From contig JAKPTO010000017.1 of the NCBI GenBank assembly GCA_029555085.1, forward strand, positions 1 to 17,616: a stretch of 17,616 nt of DNA, read 5' to 3'. This DNA is from a bacterium. GTDB taxonomy: Bacteria; Patescibacteriota; Patescibacteriia; UBA1558; S5-K13. The notes below the pieces were generated by a model. It was not told where the DNA came from and did no database searches. It was given only the letters and a program-made list of their open reading frames with translations. The position numbers and the translations under genes were made by a program. Each line of letters starts with the position of its first letter. Position 1 is the stretch's first letter. Shown in pieces: positions 8,559-15,627 of this stretch.

Positions 8559-10367
8559 TTACCAACCTCCACCCCCTCCGCCTCCTCCGCCTCCGCCAGA
8601 AAATCCGCCACCACCAAAACCGCTAGAATTATGTGAAGCTGACGAAACGCTTGAAACAACACTATTTAAACTATTGGTAAATGAATTGAAACTGCTTAAA
8701 AAAGAATTCATATCAGAGCTAATTGCGCTACCTATATACCAAGTTGGCATAATTGAATTAAATTGTTCCTCGCTATAAATAATTTTCATTTTATTAATCC
8801 ACAACTTTGCCATACCAAAAACAATTGCATATGGCAATAATTTTTCAAAAATGTTGACTTTTTCATAAAATCTTTGACGATCTTTTTCTGCTACCTTCAT
8901 ATATAATTTCAAGCCCTTAATTTTATGTAATACTTCTCTTCCTTTTTCTGTTGTTTTCGGCATAAAAAAAGAAAAGATAAAAAATATAACTCCAGAAACT
9001 AATAGACCAAAAAACACAAATGGAAAAGTAAATGGAAGAGTAAACATACTAATAAAAATGCAAAAAATACCAATTATGTTAAAAATAATCTGCCATTTAA
9101 AACCTGTTTTATCCGTATATCCTAAATCATTTAATTTGTCTTTTACATTTTTCTTTAATAACTTAATACCCCTATAAAATTTATCTTTATCTTTGTCTTT
9201 GAGAGTAGAAAGCTTAACTGATTTTTTATAATCAAACAATTTGACTAGTAATAATCTTTCAGTATCACTAAGGGATTCCTCGGCTTTTTTATTGTCTAAT
9301 TTGCGCAATATATAGTCCCTACTTTTAAATAAAAATTTTTTTTCTACCTCTTCAATGGTCAAAATTTTCTTTACTGCAAAATTTATAATTGCCGCGGTAA
9401 TAAAATTATTCTTTAATACGCCATTTTTCCACAAAACACCCAAAAGTAATGGGTCTAAATTATCTGGTATATCATATTCTGGTATTATAGTTCTCGTATC
9501 TCTTGGATCATCTCCATATTTTTTCCAAATAATAAAACAAAATATAAAAGCAATAATCGGTATAATAAGATTCAAAGCAAATGCGATCTTCAAATTGTTT
9601 TTACTTAAAAATTTAATAGGTCGGATATTCGCTGATTCCAAAGAATTATCTTCTTCTAGTGTCCCTCCAGCATATGGTAAAAAAATATTTTTTGGAAATG
9701 CCAAGGAAACCGTAATTCCATTATTTACGGGAATTGTTTTCGTTGAATTAAATATCAAAGTATTATTATCTAACCAATTATAATTTGCTAAATTATTACT
9801 TTTTGATCCCTGTGGACCAGTATAATAATAAACAGTTACATTGTCTTTATTAATTTCTTTTGGTAAAAATATTTTTCCATTAAAATTATCTATTTCTAAA
9901 TCCCAAAAATGAGCCAAAATATTAAAATAAAACTCATCAAAATCTAACTGATTGTAAATTGTATTCTGAACTTTATATTGAATTTTATAATAATTTACAC
10001 CACGCACTGTAATATTCGGATCTCCAATTTTCCATGTAATAGTGTGTTTTGATTTATCTTTAACAGTTGTGTATTTATACGGTTTACCATTAAAATCAGT
10101 TATACTTATTAATTCGACCGGCATTTGAATAATTTTTTTCCCTGTATTAATTTGCGTTCCCATAACTCTAAAAATTCCATGTTTGTTATTCGCATTGCCA
10201 CAATCTGCTGTAATAAATTCAGTTATAAGAACCGATGAGTCAGTGTTTAATACTATTTCAGTTTGAAAATCTTTTATATACCAATAATTTACATTTTCTC
10301 TTGCAGATACAAAAATTGGCAATAAAAAAATTAAACATATTATAGGAAAAATTATTTTTTTAAACAT
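8559..10367 (-). CDS. DUF2207 family membrane protein
   Basis: Signal peptide, extracytoplasmic domain (HGIFR, KIGDP, Y.I.Y.V), TM + KYGDDP, FEKLLPYAIVFG, Gly-rich tail GGGFSGGGGGGGGGGGW. Confidence 0.93.
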   Translation of the reverse strand: MFKKIIFPIICLIFLLPIFVSARENVNYWYIKDFQTEIVLNTDSSVLITEFITADCGNANNKHGIFRVMGTQINTGKKIIQMPVELISITDFNGKPYKYTTVKDKSKHTITWKIGDPNITVRGVNYYKIQYKVQNTIYNQLDFDEFYFNILAHFWDLEIDNFNGKIFLPKEINKDNVTVYYYTGPQGSKSNNLANYNWLDNNTLIFNSTKTIPVNNGITVSLAFPKNIFLPYAGGTLEEDNSLESANIRPIKFLSKNNLKIAFALNLIIPIIAFIFCFIIWKKYGDDPRDTRTIIPEYDIPDNLDPLLLGVLWKNGVLKNNFITAAIINFAVKKILTIEEVEKKFLFKSRDYILRKLDNKKAEESLSDTERLLLVKLFDYKKSVKLSTLKDKDKDKFYRGIKLLKKNVKDKLNDLGYTDKTGFKWQIIFNIIGIFCIFISMFTLPFTFPFVFFGLLVSGVIFFIFSFFMPKTTEKGREVLHKIKGLKLYMKVAEKDRQRFYEKVNIFEKLLPYAIVFGMAKLWINKMKIIYSEEQFNSIMPTWYIGSAISSDMNSFLSSFNSFTNSLNSVVSSVSSASHNSSGFGGGGFSGGGGGGGGGGGW

Positions 10368-10395
10368 AATACTTAATATTATTAATTATATTTTA

Positions 10396-10404
10396 ATTAT
10401 AGCA
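10396..10404 (-). promoter_or_regulatory. Extended -10 promoter for the DUF2207 gene
   Basis: Perfect TGCTATAAT on the minus strand about 29 nt upstream of the start at 10367. Confidence 0.6.
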
Positions 10405-10410
10405 TAGTGA

Positions 10411-10446
10411 ATTAATAAGAAAACGCCCCAATAATATGAGGCGTTT
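10411..10446 (-). terminator. Intrinsic terminator after the SurA_N gene
   Basis: Minus strand AAACGCCTCA-tattat-TGGGGCGTTT followed by TCTTATT; the G-U pair forms only on the minus strand. Confidence 0.75.
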
Positions 10447-10475
10447 CACATGTTTCAAAAAATAAATCTAAATAT

Positions 10476-11195
10476 TTAATACTTTACAATATATTTAATA
10501 TTGGCTTTTGCTTTAAGTTCAGCTATAAAAGATTGCGCAACATCACTAAGTTTCATATTTGTTAATGCATCTTTAACTTGTTCTTTTGTTGTTTCTTCTT
10601 GTCCTTTTTCTATTGTAATATTATTGTCTTTAATATATTGAGACACTTCTTCATCTGTAACACTTACTTTATCTGAAATAAGTAATTCGAGTTGTTTTTG
10701 TGTTGTCATTTGTTCTTTAACAAAATCAATTGTTAATCCCTGAGCTGTAAGAGCTACTTCTAGACTACTTCCCTGCGCAGATAACTGATCTTCTATTGTT
10801 TTTATTTGTTGATTTATGTCTTCTTCTGGTACGATAATATTTTTTGCCTTTGCCTCATTTTGGACTAATTTTTGCGTTATCATGGAATCTAATAATTCCT
10901 GCCCATAAGATTTTTCTAATTGTCGAACAATAGAAATACGACTAATTGGACTACCGTCAACAGTTGCAGCAACGAAACAACTTCTAATAAAATAAGTTAA
11001 AAACAATACAACTATAATTACAGCAAATACAATTACAGTTTTTTTATTAATTTTTATTGTTTTCTTATCGCTATCTTGTTTTTTTTCTTCCTCGTCCATT
11101 AATACATCTTTCTTTTCTTCCACTATTTTTTCCTCTACTGTTTCTTGTTCTTGCTTTTCATTTGTTAATTCTTCTTCGTTTATTTTTTCTTCCAT
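10476..11195 (-). CDS. Membrane-anchored SurA N-terminal domain (PrsA/SurA-like foldase) protein without a parvulin domain
   Basis: Acidic N-terminus, TM helix, VAATVDGSPIS, LLDSMITQKLVQNEAKAKNI, VTDEEVSQY, LKAKANIK end. Confidence 0.8.
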   Translation of the reverse strand: MEEKINEEELTNEKQEQETVEEKIVEEKKDVLMDEEEKKQDSDKKTIKINKKTVIVFAVIIVVLFLTYFIRSCFVAATVDGSPISRISIVRQLEKSYGQELLDSMITQKLVQNEAKAKNIIVPEEDINQQIKTIEDQLSAQGSSLEVALTAQGLTIDFVKEQMTTQKQLELLISDKVSVTDEEVSQYIKDNNITIEKGQEETTKEQVKDALTNMKLSDVAQSFIAELKAKANIKYIVKY

Positions 11196-11343
11196 AAAAT
11201 TAATATTAATTTTTAATTATGCTAATAAAATACTTAAATAATAATCTCATATTTTTAAATAAAAATCAATATAAAATCAAAAAATAATTGCGAATCATTG
11301 ATGGGTGGTAGTTATTAAATTTACAAGTTTTAACAACTCATAA

Positions 11344-12831
11344 TTAATATGATTTTCCAAAAATAGCCCTTTTTGAAGATTTTTTACCGCAAATTATACA
11401 TTTTCCATCTTTTTTACTATCGCTAAATGGTATACATCTTATAGTTGCTGTTGTTTCTTCTTTTATTTTATTTTCACAATTAGAATCACCGCACCAAAAT
11501 GAATAAACAAATCCATTTTCTTTTTTACTAAATATATTTTTCATGTCATCATAAGAATCAACCTCGAAGGTCGACCCATTCCTAAACTTCAAGGCCTTAT
11601 TGTAAAGATCTGATTGAATTATATTTAATAATTCTTTAATTTTTTTATCTATATTAATCAACGGAACTTCTATTTTTTCCCCACTATCCCTTCTAACTAA
11701 TATTGCTTTTTTGTTGGCAATATCGCGTTGTCCAATTTCAATACGAAGTGGGACACCTTTTCTTTCCCAGTCATAAAATTTAAAACCAGGTCTTTCATCT
11801 CTTTCGTCTATATAGACACTATATCCAGTTTTTTCTGTAATATTATTAGCAATATTTTTCACTTTTTGAATAATATCTGCTTTTTCTTTATTTTTATTCC
11901 ATATAGGGACAATAACTATTGGCATTGGAGCAATTTTTGGTGGCAATACTAATCCCTTATCATCGCTATGTACCATAATAATAGCGCCAATAATTCTAGT
12001 GCTCATTCCCCAACTTGTTTGCCAAGCATATTGTTCGTTTTCATTTTGATCTGTAAATTTAACATTAAATGGTTTAGAAAAATTTTGACCCAACATATGG
12101 GATGTCGCTGCTTGTAATGACTTTCCATCTTGCATCATAGCTTCAATACAAGCCGTATAAACAGCGCCAGCAAATTTTTCATTATCCGATTTAATTCCTT
12201 TTATAACTGGTATTGCTAAATAATCTTCAGCAAACTCTCTATATACCTCTAGCATATCAAGAGTCATGTCATCTGCTTCTTGTTTTGTCGCATGAGCTGT
12301 ATGTCCTTCTTGCCATAAAAATTCAGTAGTTCTTAAAAATGGTCTAGTTCTAAGTTCCCAACGAACAACATTAGCCCATTGATTAATTAGCACTGGTAAA
12401 TCACGAAAAGATTGAATCCATTTTGCATACATTGTATAAATTATTGTCTCAGAAGTTGGCCTAACAATAAATGGTTCATCTATTAATCCATCTGGTATTA
12501 GTTTCTTTTTATCATTTAATTTTAAACGATGATGGGTTACAACAGCGCATTCTTTCGCAAATCCCTCTACATGTTCAGCTTCTTTTTCAAAAAAATTTTT
12601 AGGAATAAATAATGGAAAATATGCGTTTTTCACTCCTCTGGATTTAAACATAGCATCTAAAATTTTCTGAATATTTTCCCATATAGCATAACCATTTGGT
12701 TTAATAACCATACATCCTCTCACGGGAGAATTATCAGCTAGTTCAGCCACATCAATAATATCTAAATACCACTTGGAATAATCCTTTGATTTTGGAGTAA
12801 TAACTTGTTTTTTTTCTTTGTCTTTTGTCAT
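11344..12831 (-). CDS. proS: Proline--tRNA ligase, archaeal/eukaryotic type
   Basis: VRPTSET, QWANVVRWE..PFLRTTEFLWQEGHT, TSWGMSTR, HSDDKGLVLPP, C-terminal Cys Zn-binding domain; no INS editing domain. Confidence 0.98.
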   Translation of the reverse strand: MTKDKEKKQVITPKSKDYSKWYLDIIDVAELADNSPVRGCMVIKPNGYAIWENIQKILDAMFKSRGVKNAYFPLFIPKNFFEKEAEHVEGFAKECAVVTHHRLKLNDKKKLIPDGLIDEPFIVRPTSETIIYTMYAKWIQSFRDLPVLINQWANVVRWELRTRPFLRTTEFLWQEGHTAHATKQEADDMTLDMLEVYREFAEDYLAIPVIKGIKSDNEKFAGAVYTACIEAMMQDGKSLQAATSHMLGQNFSKPFNVKFTDQNENEQYAWQTSWGMSTRIIGAIIMVHSDDKGLVLPPKIAPMPIVIVPIWNKNKEKADIIQKVKNIANNITEKTGYSVYIDERDERPGFKFYDWERKGVPLRIEIGQRDIANKKAILVRRDSGEKIEVPLINIDKKIKELLNIIQSDLYNKALKFRNGSTFEVDSYDDMKNIFSKKENGFVYSFWCGDSNCENKIKEETTATIRCIPFSDSKKDGKCIICGKKSSKRAIFGKSY

Positions 12832-12998
12832 ATTAACTTATTTAATTAGAAAATTTTTTGATATTTACATTTTCTCATAATATTAATAAAAAGTAAAACA
12901 TAAAAAGCTATCACAATTAAGGAATATTATTTACGGTTCAATGTAGTTCATTAGTTTTGGGTAATAGAAACTATTATTCAAAAAACAAACAATTAAAT

Positions 12999-13029
12999 CA
13001 AAAAACACTGATATAATCAGTGTTTTTTG
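12999..13029. terminator. Intrinsic terminator downstream of the repeat-protein cassette
   Basis: Perfect 14-bp inverted repeat CAAAAAACACTGAT-ata-ATCAGTGTTTTTTG with T-tracts on both strands. Confidence 0.8.
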
Positions 13030-13117
13030 TTGAAACCATATTGTACGCATTAAGAACTAACTATAAAAGCATAAAGGAGGAGATGATAAATAATGTTTTA
13101 TTTTTAGTTGCTCTTTT

Positions 13118-15601
13118 CTATTCTATTTCATTAATAATTGGTTGCAAAATTCTAAGTTTTTTCTCTGTGGGGATTACAGCCCATTCAGCAAAGCACCAAC
13201 TTGGATCAATAAAATCAGGATGATTAAATACCCAATACAAATATGGGTGTGCGTCTTGTTCGACATATACCTCTGGTATGTGTTGACCGATATGACTTGT
13301 TAGAACTTCTGGTTTTTTTATTTCTTCATAATCAGTACGGAAAGGATCTTTTACTCGCATAGCAATATTGCGACCAGGTTCACGCTCTATCGGATAATGT
13401 GAATGTGGATCAGTAAGGTAGGGATGTTTATTATACAAAAAGTTAATATTTTTTAAATAAGTACTAAACATTTTATTGTTTTCTCCGAAGCAAAAAGTTA
13501 TTTTATCTTCACTAAAGGTTCCTCCCCATGGCTTATAATCATGTTTAAAGTGATTCCAAAAACCGTCTTTTGTAGCGTCTGTTGTATAGTCATTTCCCAT
13601 TAAGCTAAATGGCCTAAAAATAGTATAGTTTTTTTGATTCATCTGTTTAAAAATTTCAAGAATGGTTTCTTTGTGTTTAGCATACGGCTCTTTAAATATT
13701 TCAGAATTCAGTGGGTTAATTTTTGAATTAATAATATCTTGAAATTCTTTTGAATTTATTTCTGGCAACTCTTTATGTTTTTTAAAATAAACAATTAGTT
13801 TAGCAAAAAATAAATGTGGTAAATATGAACAATCTTGATTGTCGCGTTTTTTATTTTCAAAATCAGGGGTCAATAAAAATGCATCAAAGTTTCCCCCATT
13901 ATAAAAACATTCTAAAAAATTTATAAAACCTCCCATATCCCTTATCCACTCCCTATCATTTAAAAAAGTTTCTATATCAAACAATTTTTGACTTAATATT
14001 TCTTTTTTAAAATAGGTTTTACTATCATCATAAATAGAAGAGAATCCATTAAATACATGATTAAATGTGTAATCTGGAGCATTATTTTGAGATATCACCC
14101 TAACAATATCCGTAATTATTAAATTTTTAACATATTCTATATTTGAATTTTGTTTATAGTTATATTTTTTTTGATAATATGTAAAATCCCCCTCAACATC
14201 TTTTTCTGTTGTATTCAATTTTTTAATATCAGAAAAATCTAAACCCTGAATTGATTCTTTGAGTTTTTCCCTATCTTGCTCTGATAACTGAATCTCATAA
14301 ACTTTATTTCCTTTTATTGAAAATGGATAATCCCCTTGTTCAATAGCTATCTCAGCATTTTTTTTCCAATCAATAGATTCCCAATCTATTTCATAAGACC
14401 AATACTCATCAAATACTAAATTTTCTTTATCCCATTCTACTTGTCTATGTTTTGGAACTTTTTGAAGCTTTTTTTCATATTTAAAAAACGGATATTCATT
14501 GTGTTCAATAATTTCTCTATCTATGTAATTTTCTTTTTTAGCTGAATCTTCTTGATTTATTTCCTTATTTTCAACTATTCTATTATCATTTGATAATTTT
14601 TCTATTATTTCTCGTTTTACCACTTTTTGAACCTCCTGTGAATTTATTATTTCTTTTGAAACATTAAATGCTCTTATTATTTTTTTGGCATCGTGTATGT
14701 CTTCCCTTAACAAACATTCTATGATTCCTTGCTTTATTGCATCCCAGAATGCTTCTTCTGGAACATTAAATTCTTCTTTTATTTCTGTTGCATAATTTAC
14801 ATAACCACCAGATAAAAGATTTATCATCCCCTGCTTTGCTGCTTGTTGAACTATTTCTTCTGGAACATTAAATTCTTCCTTTATTTCTATTGTTCTGTTC
14901 ATATCTCCACGAGATAAGAGATTTATCATTCCTTGCTTTGCTGCTTGTTGAACTATTTCTTCTGGAACATTAAATTCTTCTTTTATTTTCATAGTAATGT
15001 CTATATTGTCAACACCATTTCGATCGCCCATAGATAAGAGATTTATCATCCCCTGCTTTGCTGCTTGTTGAGTTGTTTCCTCTGAAACATTAAATTCTTC
15101 TTTTATTTTTTTGGCTTCGCCTATTATGCGTGAGTAACACTTAGACAACCATTCTATCATTCCTTGTTTTGCTGCATCTTGAACTTCTGATAAATTTATT
15201 ATTTCTCCTGGAATATTAAATTTTTCTTTTATTTCTATGGCTTTTTCGCGTCCCCTAAATAGGCAACTTATCATTCCTTGTTTTGCTACATCTTGAACTA
15301 TTTCCTCTGGAACATTAAATTCTTCTTTTATTTTCATAGTAATGTCTATATTGTCAACACCATATTGATCGTCCACAGATAAAAGATTTATCATCCCCTG
15401 CTTTGCTGCATTTTGAACTTCTGGTAAATTTATTGTTTCTCCTGGAATATTAAATTTTTCTTTTATTTCTATGGCTTTTTCTATTGTATAATAATACTTC
15501 CCAAGTAAACATTCTATTATTTTCTGCTTGACTGCTTCTTGGTCTGTTTCTTGTTCTGTATTTGGAATTGGTATTTTTTCTAACATATTATTTGTTATCA
15601 T
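13118..15601 (-). CDS. Hypothetical protein: N-terminal helical tandem repeats plus ~480-aa C-terminal region (possible ADP-ribosyltransferase-like end domain)
   Basis: 827-aa uninterrupted ORF; no TM or Sec signal evident; alternative start at Met6 (15586). Confidence 0.85.
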   Translation of the reverse strand: MITNNMLEKIPIPNTEQETDQEAVKQKIIECLLGKYYYTIEKAIEIKEKFNIPGETINLPEVQNAAKQGMINLLSVDDQYGVDNIDITMKIKEEFNVPEEIVQDVAKQGMISCLFRGREKAIEIKEKFNIPGEIINLSEVQDAAKQGMIEWLSKCYSRIIGEAKKIKEEFNVSEETTQQAAKQGMINLLSMGDRNGVDNIDITMKIKEEFNVPEEIVQQAAKQGMINLLSRGDMNRTIEIKEEFNVPEEIVQQAAKQGMINLLSGGYVNYATEIKEEFNVPEEAFWDAIKQGIIECLLREDIHDAKKIIRAFNVSKEIINSQEVQKVVKREIIEKLSNDNRIVENKEINQEDSAKKENYIDREIIEHNEYPFFKYEKKLQKVPKHRQVEWDKENLVFDEYWSYEIDWESIDWKKNAEIAIEQGDYPFSIKGNKVYEIQLSEQDREKLKESIQGLDFSDIKKLNTTEKDVEGDFTYYQKKYNYKQNSNIEYVKNLIITDIVRVISQNNAPDYTFNHVFNGFSSIYDDSKTYFKKEILSQKLFDIETFLNDREWIRDMGGFINFLECFYNGGNFDAFLLTPDFENKKRDNQDCSYLPHLFFAKLIVYFKKHKELPEINSKEFQDIINSKINPLNSEIFKEPYAKHKETILEIFKQMNQKNYTIFRPFSLMGNDYTTDATKDGFWNHFKHDYKPWGGTFSEDKITFCFGENNKMFSTYLKNINFLYNKHPYLTDPHSHYPIEREPGRNIAMRVKDPFRTDYEEIKKPEVLTSHIGQHIPEVYVEQDAHPYLYWVFNHPDFIDPSWCFAEWAVIPTEKKLRILQPIINEIE
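14591..15541 (-). repeat. Coding tandem repeat, 8 full units + 1 partial, 34-42 aa
   Basis: Consensus QxAAKQGMIxxL-[variable]-xxIKEEFNVPEE over aa 21-337; also visible at DNA level. Confidence 0.95.
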
Positions 15602-15627
15602 TTAATTAAATGCTGAAAATTTACCTA

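Noticed and set aside
8560-8625. GC-rich (CCN)n tract
   Set aside because: Encodes the normal Gly-rich tail of DUF2207.
1661-9783. Short ORFs 1661-1903, 6825-7088, 7599-7916 and 9355-9783
   Set aside because: Each lies wholly antisense within a well-supported gene and has no recognisable motifs.
11728-11952. 74-aa plus-strand ORF
   Set aside because: Antisense within proS.
12999-13029. Inverted repeat as a mobile element end
   Set aside because: No transposase, partner end or target duplication; its position fits a terminator.
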